In this document: in pieces, positions 19,768 through 28,901 of the stretch | Layout: every line of letters begins with the position of its first letter | Numbering within the stretch: position 1 is the first letter of the stretch | DNA from: Vulcanimicrobiota bacterium | Lineage (GTDB): Bacteria > Vulcanimicrobiota > Vulcanimicrobiia > Vulcanimicrobiales > Vulcanimicrobiaceae | Direction of reading: 5' to 3' | Assembly (NCBI GenBank): GCA_963820825.1 | Contig: CAWGBN010000009.1 | Location: 261,967 to 325,966, forward strand | DNA length: 64,000 nt | Position numbers and translations under genes: made by a program | The notes under the pieces: generated by a model | Database searches by the model: none | Told to the model about the DNA's origin: nothing | The model's input: the letters and a program-made list of their open reading frames with translations, nothing else

Positions 19768-20478
19768 ATGTTCACGATCGACGTCGTCACGCTCTTTCCC
19801 GAGCTCTTCGCGCCCTTCGTCGGTCTCTCGATCGTCGGCCGTGCCGTCGAAAGCGGAACCGTCTGCGTCCGCTATCACCATCTGCTTGAGGAGCTCGCCG
19901 CGGAGGAGCGTGCCGACGATGCTCCCTTCGGGGGCGGTCCGGGCATGGTGCTTCGAATCGAGCCGATCGCCCGGGTACTCGACCGGATCGCCGGGGAGGC
20001 CCCGCTCAACGAGCGGCGGACGATTGCGGTGCCCTCGCCGAGCGGCGAGCGATTTACCCACGCGGTCGCACAGCGCTGGGCGGAGCTCGACCGGCTCGTC
20101 GTCGTCTGCGGCCACTACGAAGGCATCGACGACCGGCTCGCGCGGCTCTATCCGGTCGAGGAACACTCCTTGGGAGACTTCGTCCTGACCGGGGGCGAGA
20201 TTCCGGCGCTCGCCTTTATGGACGCCACCGTACGCCTGCTGGCCGGCGCCCTTCGCCCGGGATCGCTCGAGAGCGAATCCTTCACCGGCGGCTTGCTCGA
20301 CTACCCGAGCTTCACGCGGCCGGCGAGCTTTCGGGGTATCGACGTTCCGGCGGTTCTGCTCTCGGGCGATCACGCCAAAATCGCGCAGTGGCGCCGGGAA
20401 CAGTCGCGCCAGCGCACTGCGGCGCGCCGTCGCGACCTGCTCGACGATACCGCCTTGCAGGGCCCGGAAGGCCCATGA
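19768..20478 (+). CDS. trmD: tRNA (guanine37-N1)-methyltransferase
   Basis: DDAPFGGGPGMV, CGHYEGIDDR, SLGDFVLTGGE and VLLSGDH. Confidence 0.96.
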   Translation: MFTIDVVTLFPELFAPFVGLSIVGRAVESGTVCVRYHHLLEELAAEERADDAPFGGGPGMVLRIEPIARVLDRIAGEAPLNERRTIAVPSPSGERFTHAVAQRWAELDRLVVVCGHYEGIDDRLARLYPVEEHSLGDFVLTGGEIPALAFMDATVRLLAGALRPGSLESESFTGGLLDYPSFTRPASFRGIDVPAVLLSGDHAKIAQWRREQSRQRTAARRRDLLDDTALQGPEGP

Positions 20479-20526
20479 TAGGATACGTTGGTTCTGCCGG
20501 GCTCCGCGCCCGGCTCTTCCTTGCGC

Positions 20527-20566
20527 CCCTTCGCCTACGGCGCTTCGCGCCTCGCTCAGGATGACA
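20527..20566 (-). repeat. Short REP-like dispersed repeat, copy A
   Basis: Reverse complement TGTCATCCTGAGCGAGGCGCGAAGCGCCGTAGGCGAAGGG; shares its ends with copies at 51022 and 47694. Confidence 0.65.
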
Positions 20567-20574
20567 CAACTACG

Positions 20575-20928
20575 ATGAACGTGATTGACGTACTTAACCG
20601 CGAACAGCTCAAGGACGGCATTCCGGAGTTTCGCCCCGGCGATACCGTCAAGGTCTACTCCAAGGTCCTCGAAGGTGGCAAAGAGCGGACGCAGATGTTC
20701 GAAGGCGTCGTGACCGTTCGCAAGGGCGGCGGCGCCGGCGAATCGATCACGGTCCGGCGCATCGCGCACGGCGTCGGCGTCGAGAAGACGTTTCTTCTGC
20801 AGAGCCCGCGCGTCGAGCGCATCGAGGTCGGCAAGCGCGGCGTCGTTTCGCGAAGTCGGCTCTACTACCTGAGCGAGAAGGTCGGTAAGGCCGCGCGCAT
20901 CAAGGAAAAGAAAGCCAAAGGAACCTGA
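20575..20928 (+). CDS. rplS: 50S ribosomal protein L19
   Basis: [29 protein letters not shown] and SRLYYL. Confidence 0.97.
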   Translation: MNVIDVLNREQLKDGIPEFRPGDTVKVYSKVLEGGKERTQMFEGVVTVRKGGGAGESITVRRIAHGVGVEKTFLLQSPRVERIEVGKRGVVSRSRLYYLSEKVGKAARIKEKKAKGT

Positions 20929-20967
20929 CCCGCGACACCACTGCAGCTCGTAGGCCTCATCGTCGTT

Positions 20968-21612
20968 TTGGGGATCGCGCGAGTCGCACTTTCGGTCGCG
21001 CCCTCGGCGCGCCGGTCGAACGGCGTCGCACGAGTCTCGCTCGACGTATTGATCGTCGCGGCGCTCCTGGCGCTCTTCTCGATTACGTTCCTCACCCGGA
21101 CCTTCTACATTCCATCGGTATCGATGGTTCCGACCCTGCAGATCGGCGACGTGCTGCTCGTCGACGAAATCGGCTACCGGTTTGCGTCACCGGGGGAGGG
21201 CGAGATCGCCGTCTTCACCCCGCCGTTCAAGCCACGGGACGGCGATTTCGTCAAGCGAGTCATCGGAACTCCCGGTGAGGCGATTGCAATTTCGAATGGG
21301 GTCGTCTACCGGAACGGATCGGCGCTCCGCGAGCCGTACGAGAACCAGACGCCCTCGTACGATCTCGCCATCCGCAAGTACGGCATCTACGTCAACGGCA
21401 GCCCGCTCGACCCGCACGTCGCGAACGTTCCGGCGCCCGGGCTCTGGCAAGCTCCGGACCGCATTCCGAAAGGGTTTTACTTCGTGCTCGGTGACAATCG
21501 GAACTACTCCGACGACTCGCACGTCTGGGGATTCGTTCCGCGCACGGCTTTTGTCGGCCGAGCCTTCCTGATTCTGTGGCCGCTCAAACGGCTGCGCGCT
21601 TTGGAGAGATAA
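20968..21612 (+). CDS. lepB: Signal peptidase I (paralogue 1; true start uncertain, homology extends to 20932)
   Basis: IPSVSMVPTL (Ser), FVKRVIG (Lys) and GDNRNYSDDS. Confidence 0.88.
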   Translation: MGIARVALSVAPSARRSNGVARVSLDVLIVAALLALFSITFLTRTFYIPSVSMVPTLQIGDVLLVDEIGYRFASPGEGEIAVFTPPFKPRDGDFVKRVIGTPGEAIAISNGVVYRNGSALREPYENQTPSYDLAIRKYGIYVNGSPLDPHVANVPAPGLWQAPDRIPKGFYFVLGDNRNYSDDSHVWGFVPRTAFVGRAFLILWPLKRLRALER

Positions 21613-21619
21613 GAGGCGA

Positions 21620-22354
21620 GTGACTCCTTACGAGCTTCTGGCAATCGTCGCCGTCATCGCCGTTGCGCGCGTGATTCTCTCGCTTCGCCCGGTCGTTGCC
21701 GGCTCGTCCGGACGCAGCACCGCGATCGCCCGCGAGTTTCTCGACCCCTTCATCATAGCCGGAATCGCGGCGTGGGTTCTCATCACGTTCGTCGCTCGCA
21801 CCTACTACATTCCCTCAGGTTCGATGCTGCCGACGCTGCAGATCCACGACGTCCTTCTCGTGGACAAGTTCGAGTACCGATTTCATCCTCCGCACGAGGG
21901 CGACATCGTCGTCTTCCCCCCGCCGGTTCCTACGCCCGACGACTTCATCAAGCGCGTTATCGGCCGTCCGGGTGACACGATGCGCATCGCCGGCGGCACC
22001 GTCTATCTCAACGGACGCGCGTTGGCCGAACCCTACGTCGCCGAGCGGCCCGCGTATAACCTCGAGATACGCAACTACGGGATCTACATCAGCTATGGTG
22101 CCGGTTGGCAGCGCCTCGACTCTATTGACGGCAACGTTCCGCCCGCGACGAAGTGGAGCGCGCCGGATCGAATTCCCCCGCACTGCTACATCATGCTGGG
22201 CGACAATCGCAACGATTCCGAGGACTCACACATCTGGGGCTTTGCGCAGGATTCCGGACGCTTCGCCAGCGGTCCGCGCTCCGGCGCGGGTGCCGGGTTC
22301 ACCGGCCGTGCGTTTCTCATCTTCTGGCCGCCGTCTCAAGCCAAGATTCTGTAG
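21620..22354 (+). CDS. lepB: Signal peptidase I (paralogue 2)
   Basis: IPSGSMLPTL, FIKRVIG and GDNRNDSEDS. Confidence 0.92.
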   Translation: MTPYELLAIVAVIAVARVILSLRPVVAGSSGRSTAIAREFLDPFIIAGIAAWVLITFVARTYYIPSGSMLPTLQIHDVLLVDKFEYRFHPPHEGDIVVFPPPVPTPDDFIKRVIGRPGDTMRIAGGTVYLNGRALAEPYVAERPAYNLEIRNYGIYISYGAGWQRLDSIDGNVPPATKWSAPDRIPPHCYIMLGDNRNDSEDSHIWGFAQDSGRFASGPRSGAGAGFTGRAFLIFWPPSQAKIL

Positions 22355-22378
22355 CGAGCGAAGCGAAGTCGGAGCAAC

Positions 22379-22888
22379 GTGGTCCGCTTCGTCCGCTGGC
22401 GACCGGTTGCGAACCTCGCCCTGCAGCTCGCGGTGCTCGCGGCGATCATCGCGGCTTTCTTCGTCCGACTGCCCCAAGTCTCAGGACTCTCGATGGAGCC
22501 GCATATCCGCTCCGGCGAATACGTGATGATCAATACCTTCGCATATCGGGTCGGTAGCCCGCGGCGCGGCGACATCGTCGCATTTCGGCACGAAGGTGAC
22601 GAACGCGCGATCTTCATTAAGCGCGTCATCGGCGCTCCCGGCGATCGTATTCGCATCGATCGCGGCCTCATCTACCTCAACGGAGCCAAACTCGACGAGC
22701 CGTACGTGCAGCACCCGGACGCCCGGTCGTTCGGCGAGATCGTGGTTCCTCCGGCCTCCGTCTACGTCTTGGGCGACAACCGTGCAGAGAGCGAAGACTC
22801 TCGCTTCTTCGGACCCGTCGGAGATGGATTGCTCGTCGGGCGCGCGATCGCCGGCATCTGGCCGCCGCGAATGCTGGGCGGATTGTGA
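22379..22888 (+). CDS. lepB: Signal peptidase I (paralogue 3, short SipS-like)
   Basis: VSGLSMEP, FIKRVIG and GDNRAESEDSRFFG. Confidence 0.9.
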   Translation: MVRFVRWRPVANLALQLAVLAAIIAAFFVRLPQVSGLSMEPHIRSGEYVMINTFAYRVGSPRRGDIVAFRHEGDERAIFIKRVIGAPGDRIRIDRGLIYLNGAKLDEPYVQHPDARSFGEIVVPPASVYVLGDNRAESEDSRFFGPVGDGLLVGRAIAGIWPPRMLGGL

Positions 22889-22926
22889 CCCTTCGATGCG
22901 AGTGCGCGGGAACTAGGAGTCCGTAG

Positions 22927-23727
22927 TTGGAGCGGCAGATCGCGTGGTATCCGGGTCACATGGCGAAGGCGTCACGCCACATCCGCGAGTACCTTCGCTC
23001 GATCGACATCGTCGTCGAGGTGGTCGACGCTCGTATCGTGCGCAGCGGACGTAACCCCTTGCTCGACGAGCTCGGCGCGCGGCGCACGCGGGTGGTCGCG
23101 CTCAACCGTCAGGATTTGGCCGACCCTGCAACGACGAAGCACTGGCTGCGTCAGCTCGACGAGCGCGGAACGAACGCCGTCGCCGTCGACGGCCGATCGC
23201 AGCGCAGCGTCGGACGAATCGCCGCTGCGATTGAAAAGGCGACGCCGGCGGGACGCAGGGGAATCTCCCGCGCGATGGTCGTCGGCGTCCCCAACTCGGG
23301 AAAGTCCTCGATCGTCAACGGATTGCTCGGCCGAGCGGCGGCGCGAACCGAAGACCGTGCCGGGATCACGCGACGCACGCAATGGTTTCGCCTATCGCCG
23401 AACGTCGAGCTGATGGATACGCCCGGAGTTCTGCCTCCAAAGATCGGGACGCGCGACGCGCAGTGGAAGCTCGCACTCTGCGGGGCCGTGCCGCGCGATC
23501 TCTACGATCCCGCCGAGGTTGCGGCGGCCTTCCATCACTGGCTGCTCGCGCGCAATGCGAGAACGCAAGTGCCGAATCTCGACACGTTCGCGGCCCGGGG
23601 CGGATTCATGCGCCGTCGCGGCGAGATCGACTATCACAACGCGGCGCAATCCTATATTCGCGCGTTCAACGACGGCGCGTTCGGCCGAATATCTTTGGAG
23701 GCTCCCGATGACCCCGAAGCAGCGTAA
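22927..23727 (+). CDS. rbgA: Ribosome biogenesis GTPase YlqF/RbgA
   Basis: IAWYPGHMAKA, DARI, GVPNSGKSS and DTPGVL. Confidence 0.93.
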   Translation: MERQIAWYPGHMAKASRHIREYLRSIDIVVEVVDARIVRSGRNPLLDELGARRTRVVALNRQDLADPATTKHWLRQLDERGTNAVAVDGRSQRSVGRIAAAIEKATPAGRRGISRAMVVGVPNSGKSSIVNGLLGRAAARTEDRAGITRRTQWFRLSPNVELMDTPGVLPPKIGTRDAQWKLALCGAVPRDLYDPAEVAAAFHHWLLARNARTQVPNLDTFAARGGFMRRRGEIDYHNAAQSYIRAFNDGAFGRISLEAPDDPEAA

Positions 23728-24415
23728 GGCCAAGAACGCGTACGAGCGCGAGCGCCGGCGCCTCCACCGTCTGCATCATTTTGAGTACGCGGTACGCGAA
23801 CGGGGCTTTACGCTCGTCGGCGGCATCGACGAGGTCGGCCGCGGACCGCTGGCCGGGCCCGTCGTCGCGGCCTGCGTCGTCGCGACGCAGCCGTTGATGA
23901 TCAAGGGCTTGAACGACTCCAAACAAGTTCGCCCGGAGATGCGCGTCGCGATCGCCGAGATCGTCAAATCGCGCGCGACCGCCTGGGCCGTCGGGAGCGC
24001 CAGCGTTGCCGAGATCGATCGGCTCAACATCTACTGGGCGAGCATTCTTGCGATGGAGCGCGCCATCGCTGCGCTGGCCGCGGCGCCCGAGTATCTCATC
24101 ACCGATGCGGTCCGGATTCGCTCGTTCGGCGGTCCGCAAGAGCCGTTGATTCACGGCGATGCGCGCTGCGCGCTCGTGGCGGCCGCCTCGATCGTCGCCA
24201 AGGTTCACCGCGACGCGCTCATGGTCGAGCTGGACCGAGAGGATTCGCGTTACGGCTTCGGGCTGCATAAGGGCTACTCGACGCCCCACCATATCGAGGC
24301 CTTGCGCGCGCACGGTCCGAGCGTGCATCACCGCGCGAACTGGGCGCGCGTTCGCGACGCGCAGCTCGCACTGGGCTTGGACTCGCTGGAAGCCTTCGAG
24401 AACGTTGCAGAGTAA
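23708..24415 (+). CDS. rnhB: Ribonuclease HII
   Basis: GIDEVGRGPLAGPV, LNDSK, AAASIVAKV.RD and HKGY. Confidence 0.95.
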   Translation: MTPKQRKAKNAYERERRRLHRLHHFEYAVRERGFTLVGGIDEVGRGPLAGPVVAACVVATQPLMIKGLNDSKQVRPEMRVAIAEIVKSRATAWAVGSASVAEIDRLNIYWASILAMERAIAALAAAPEYLITDAVRIRSFGGPQEPLIHGDARCALVAAASIVAKVHRDALMVELDREDSRYGFGLHKGYSTPHHIEALRAHGPSVHHRANWARVRDAQLALGLDSLEAFENVAE

Positions 24416-24743
24416 CAGCGAGAAAGGGCGCCAAGGCGAGGACCGCGCGAGCGATTTCCTGCGTTCCTGCGGTTATCGCATTCTCGCGCGCAACGTGCGC
24501 GTTCCCGGCGGCGAGATCGACGCGGTCTGTTTAGACGGGCCGACGCTCGTCATCGTCGAAGTGAAGCGTCGTGATTCGAGGAAGTTCGGATCGGCATTGC
24601 ACGCCGTCGACGCGCGGAAACGCGCAACGCTGCGGCGTATTGCCGCCGATTACGCGCAGATCGTCGCGCCGTCGGCAAAGATCCGATTCGACGTGGTCGC
24701 GCTGGACGGCCGGCGGCTGAGTCTGCACCGAAACGCGTTCTAA
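24405..24743 (+). CDS. yraN: YraN family (UPF0102) endonuclease-like protein
   Basis: GRQGED.A, RN...GGEIDAV, VEVKRR and RFDVV; TTG start inferred. Confidence 0.88.
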   Translation: MQSNSEKGRQGEDRASDFLRSCGYRILARNVRVPGGEIDAVCLDGPTLVIVEVKRRDSRKFGSALHAVDARKRATLRRIAADYAQIVAPSAKIRFDVVALDGRRLSLHRNAF

Positions 24744-26371
24744 TGGCAACGAAACGAGCCGGCCCCGAGCCGGAACTGCGCCGAAGCGTCACGCCCTGGG
24801 GATCGTTTGCGTGGGGATACTCCGACGTCGGCGCCGACATCTTCGTCGGTCTCGGCCTCGTGCTCGCGTGGGCCGCCGGCGCTTCCAACGTCGCCTTCCT
24901 CTTTGCCGGCGTCGTCTACGTCTGCATCGGTCTGGCCTACACCGAGCTGGCGGCGACCTACCCCGTCGCCGGCGGCGGCCAATACTTCGTGATGCGCGGA
25001 CTGGGCGATATCTTCGGCTTCATCGCGGGTTGGGCGGTGCTGCTCGACTTCACCATCGACGTGACGCTCTTTGCCTGGAGCTCGGTCGATTATACGAGTC
25101 AGCTCGTCCCCGCGCTCGTCAACTCCGTCCACCCCTGGCTGCACTTCGTCGTCGTGCTCGGTCTCGTCATTGGGCTCTGCCTGCTCAACGTCATCGGCGT
25201 TCGCGAGAGCACCGCTTTCAACGGCGTCGTTTCGGCGCTCGACGTTCTCAGCGAAACTCTGATCCTCTGCCTCGGCTTCCTCTTCGCATTCCGGCCGCAG
25301 CTTCTGCTGCACGCGATGCACTTCAACTGGCCCACGCCGTATGCGCTCATGCTCGGCACCTCGCTCGCGATCGTCTCCTTCGTGGGGCTGGAATCGATCT
25401 CGCAGGCAGCGCAAGAGACGCAGCGTCCCGCTTCAATCATTCCGCGGACCTCCGTCGCGCTGATTCTGACGATCCTCATCTTTGCGCTCGCCTATTCGAA
25501 CCTTGCGCTCGGCCTGCACCCATGGCATCCGATCCTCGACGCCTCCGGCCATCCGCAGCAGTTCTGGCAGATCTTTCCGCATAACGCCGACAATCAAGGA
25601 AAGGCCGTCGCGCTGCTCGCAGCGCAGGTGCCGTACTACGGCGCCATCGCGGCGCTCTACGTTCCGGTGCTCGGAGCGATATTGCTGTTGATTTCGTCCA
25701 ACTCCGGCGTCTTCGGCAGCTCTCGCATCGCTTACGCGATGAGCAGCAGCAATCTGCTGCCCTCGATCTTCCAGCGCGTGCACGCGACCTTCCGGACGCC
25801 GGTGATCTCGATCGTCTTCTTCTCGGCCATCGCTTTGATCGAGCTAATCTTTGCCGCGGCGCCGAGCCTCTACCCGCGCTCGGACTCGCTCTACGCCCGA
25901 TTTTTCCACGGTGAAAACGGCCTTGGATTTCTCGCCGACCTCTATGCCTTCGGCGCGGCGACGAGCTACTCGTTCGTCTTCCTCGGATTGATCGCGTTGC
26001 GGTTCAACGATCCGTTGAGTCCGCGCAAGTTCAAGATTCCGTTCAACCTGGCGATGCGTTTTCGCGGCGAGCGGGTCGAGCTTCCGATCATCGCCGTGAT
26101 CGGCTTCATCGGAATCTTCTCGATCTTGCTCTTCACGCTGCGTACGCATCCGTTGGGGCGAATCTTCGGACCGACCTGGCTGCTGCTCGGACTCATCCTC
26201 TACCTCGTCTATCGGCGGCATCGGCGCTTGCCGCTCGTACGTTCGCAGCCGCGCAACTGGCGCGCCGATCAAGTGAACATTCTGCGCCGCGCCGGAGAGC
26301 TCGAACTGATGGACGAATACGTTGCCAACGTGAAGGCGAGCGACGCGCGGCGCTCTGGGCAGCAGGTCTGA
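24743..26371 (+). CDS. APC family permease
   Basis: About 12 TM segments, YTELAATYPVAGG and FVGLESISQAAQE. Confidence 0.9.
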   Translation: MATKRAGPEPELRRSVTPWGSFAWGYSDVGADIFVGLGLVLAWAAGASNVAFLFAGVVYVCIGLAYTELAATYPVAGGGQYFVMRGLGDIFGFIAGWAVLLDFTIDVTLFAWSSVDYTSQLVPALVNSVHPWLHFVVVLGLVIGLCLLNVIGVRESTAFNGVVSALDVLSETLILCLGFLFAFRPQLLLHAMHFNWPTPYALMLGTSLAIVSFVGLESISQAAQETQRPASIIPRTSVALILTILIFALAYSNLALGLHPWHPILDASGHPQQFWQIFPHNADNQGKAVALLAAQVPYYGAIAALYVPVLGAILLLISSNSGVFGSSRIAYAMSSSNLLPSIFQRVHATFRTPVISIVFFSAIALIELIFAAAPSLYPRSDSLYARFFHGENGLGFLADLYAFGAATSYSFVFLGLIALRFNDPLSPRKFKIPFNLAMRFRGERVELPIIAVIGFIGIFSILLFTLRTHPLGRIFGPTWLLLGLILYLVYRRHRRLPLVRSQPRNWRADQVNILRRAGELELMDEYVANVKASDARRSGQQV

Positions 26372-26373
26372 CC

Positions 26374-26559
26374 GTGCTCTATCTACGCGGATTCCTCGCG
26401 GTGGCGATGATCGGATGCGGGCTCGTCATCTTGGCGCGAATGCTCGCCGTCGCCAACGCGGGCTTTGCAATCGTCCCGGGACTGGTGCTCGGTGCCGCAA
26501 TGATCGCACTCGGCGTTCATCGCGTCTCGCTCATCCTGCGAATGCGACGGATGACGTGA
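26374..26559 (+). CDS. Small two-TM membrane protein
   Basis: 61 aa hydrophobic ORF tightly coupled between the APC and USP genes. Confidence 0.6.
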   Translation: MLYLRGFLAVAMIGCGLVILARMLAVANAGFAIVPGLVLGAAMIALGVHRVSLILRMRRMT

Positions 26560-27185
26560 TCGGACCGGCGACGGACATTCACGTGACCGTGGCGGGAGCG
26601 GTTATCGCGCTCATCATCGCCGGCACGGTCGGCGCGACGCTCTGGTGGATGCTTCATCCACCCTCGTCCTACGTTCAGCGAATCGCCGAACAAGCAGAGA
26701 GCGAGCTGGAGCGCATGGTCGGCAGCCTGGTCGTCGCGTTCTCACCCGAGATCGATTCGTCGCATATGGTCGCGCTGGCCGTAAAGCTCGCGCGCGGCGA
26801 ACGCTCCGAGTTGCTGGCGGTCTACGTCATCGAGGTGCCCTATACGCTGCCGCCGGATGCAGAGATGCCTTCGGAGGAGCGTGCCGCGCTCGATGCACTC
26901 GGCGCCGCAGAGACGATTGCCAACCGGAACAACGTGGCGATCCGCACCGAGATCGTCAAATCCCGCTCGACCAAACAGGCGGTTCTCGACGTCGCCAAGC
27001 GCGAGAAGACCGACCTCATTATTCTCGGCTCGTTTCGCGAAGGCAAGTACAGCGGCGCACCGCTCGGCCGCACCATCGAGGAGATCGCGGCCGATGCAAA
27101 ATGCGATGTGCTCATCGGCGTCGAAGGAAAGCACGGCACGCTTCTGATCGATGAGAGCGTTCAATCCAGCTCGCAACCGGTTTGA
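26556..27185 (+). CDS. Membrane-anchored universal stress protein
   Basis: N-terminal TM segment; USP fold motifs VYVIEVP and DLIILG...LGRTIEEI...AKCDVLI. Confidence 0.85.
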   Translation: MIGPATDIHVTVAGAVIALIIAGTVGATLWWMLHPPSSYVQRIAEQAESELERMVGSLVVAFSPEIDSSHMVALAVKLARGERSELLAVYVIEVPYTLPPDAEMPSEERAALDALGAAETIANRNNVAIRTEIVKSRSTKQAVLDVAKREKTDLIILGSFREGKYSGAPLGRTIEEIAADAKCDVLIGVEGKHGTLLIDESVQSSSQPV

Positions 27186-27201
27186 TTTCGAGGAGAGTTT
27201 T

Positions 27202-27880
27202 GTGAACTTCAGTCGTTCTTCTTCGCTCGCCGCCGCAATTGCAGCGGTCTTGATTGCGGTGGTGTGGCCGATCCGGCGCGCTTCGTGCCGCCAACTCCGC
27301 GCCGGCGATCGCCGATTTCGACAAGACCTTTGCGTCGGTGAATGATTACACGGCCATCCTGCACGTCCACGAAGCGAAGGGAACGCAGACGCAGGATCGC
27401 GTCTATCAGTATCAGTTCATGAAGCCGCACTACGTCAAGACGCTCATCCTCGATGGCGACGGCAAAGGCTCGGGCGGCGTCTGGGTCGGCGGCGATCAGG
27501 TCAGCGGCCATCAAGGCGGCATTCTCTCCGGATTCCATCGCAAGGTTTCGGTCGACGATCCGCGGGCCGTCTCGCTGCGCGGCGTGACGATCCCCCAAGG
27601 CCTGCTGCAGCGAATCGTCGAGAACTACGCGACGATTCCCGGAAAGCTCACGCAGACCGACGGCGGAAAGATCGGCGGCGTTCCGACCGATCGCCTCGAT
27701 CTCAAGGTTGCGGATCCGTCTTCGAACGGCGGCGTTAGCGAGCAGATTCTCTACCTTTCGAAAGAGACGCATTGGCCGGTTCGCCAAATCATGTACGACG
27801 GCTCGCAGATCGTCCTCGACGAAACGGTCAACGATCTCAAAACCAACACCGGCCTAACCCAAGCCGACTTCCCGTTCTAA
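27202..27880 (+). CDS. LolA-like / outer-membrane lipoprotein-sorting protein, frameshift in the signal region (about 27270-27285)
   Basis: GAGGAG RBS, GTG 27202 and signal-like start; downstream frame has F.KP..VK and LYLSKETHWPVR...N.GL...DF LolA-like pattern. Confidence 0.6.
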
Positions 27881-27899
27881 ATTATGTCGGGGCTACCGC

Positions 27900-28901
27900 T
27901 CAGCGCGATAGGTAGCGTTTGCGCAGCTCATCGAGTACGACTGCCAGCAGGATCACGGCGCCGAGCAGCACTTTCTGCAGATACGAATCGACGCTAAGCA
28001 GGTTCATCGCGTTGTAGAGCACGCCGATCAGCAGCGCGCCGAAGAAGGTGCCGATCACGCTGCCGCGGCCGCCCATCAGGCTCGTGCCGCCGACGACGAC
28101 CGCGGCGATCGATTCGAGCAGCTCGTCTCCCGTGCCGGTCTGCGGTGAGCCTGACGAAAAGAGCGCCATGTAGAGGAACCCGACGATCGCGGCGCAGGCG
28201 CCGCTGATCACGTAGACCGTGGTCTTGACGCGCACGACGTTGATCCCGGCAAGGCGCGCCGCTTCCTCGTTGCCGCCGATCGCGAAGACGTACCGGCCGA
28301 ATCGCGTCCGCGTGAGGAGGACCGACGCACCGACGATCACCACGAGCATCCAAATCACCGGTACCGGAATGCTCGGGAGATGCAGCGCCGTCGTCACGCC
28401 TCCGAGGAACGAGCCGATGCCCGTGTTTTGAAAGTCGGCGCTCTGCAACGCGACCGGACGTCCATGCGAGAGAATGAAGGCGGCACCGACGGCCATCTCG
28501 AGCATCGCCAGCGTCGTAATGAACGGCGGCAGGTTCAGCTTCACGACCGGGAGCGCGTTGATCCAGCCCGCGACGCACCCGACCGCGACCGCGACCAGCA
28601 GCGTCGCGGCGATCAGCGGAAAGCCCGTGAGGTGCACGGAGTTGGCGAAGAGCGCGGCAACGACGCCGGTTAGCGCAACCAGCGAGCCGACCGAGAGATC
28701 GATCCCGGCGGTGATGATCACGAAGGTCTGGCCGACACCGAGAATACAGTTGTACGTAATCTGCCGCAAGACGCGCACGATGTTGCTCGGCTCGAGGAAC
28801 GAACCACGCGACGCGACGTCGACGACCGCGACCAGGATCAAAAAGAATACAACGGCACCGGCGATGCGCAGCCAGTAGGTAAGACGAGCCCGGTCGTTCA
28901 C
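27900..28901 (-). CDS. rbsC: Ribose-type sugar ABC transporter permease
   Basis: TAGIDLSVGS, PPFITTL, GRYVFAIGGNEEAARLAGI and IAAVVVGGTSL.GG.G. Confidence 0.9.
   Translation of the reverse strand: MNDRARLTYWLRIAGAVVFFLILVAVVDVASRGSFLEPSNIVRVLRQITYNCILGVGQTFVIITAGIDLSVGSLVALTGVVAALFANSVHLTGFPLIAATLLVAVAVGCVAGWINALPVVKLNLPPFITTLAMLEMAVGAAFILSHGRPVALQSADFQNTGIGSFLGGVTTALHLPSIPVPVIWMLVVIVGASVLLTRTRFGRYVFAIGGNEEAARLAGINVVRVKTTVYVISGACAAIVGFLYMALFSSGSPQTGTGDELLESIAAVVVGGTSLMGGRGSVIGTFFGALLIGVLYNAMNLLSVDSYLQKVLLGAVILLAVVLDELRKRYLSR

Noticed and set aside
19759..20769. N-terminal extension of ORF 19291..20769
   Set aside because: It is antisense to trmD and rplS; only the TPR part has an RBS and recognisable motifs.
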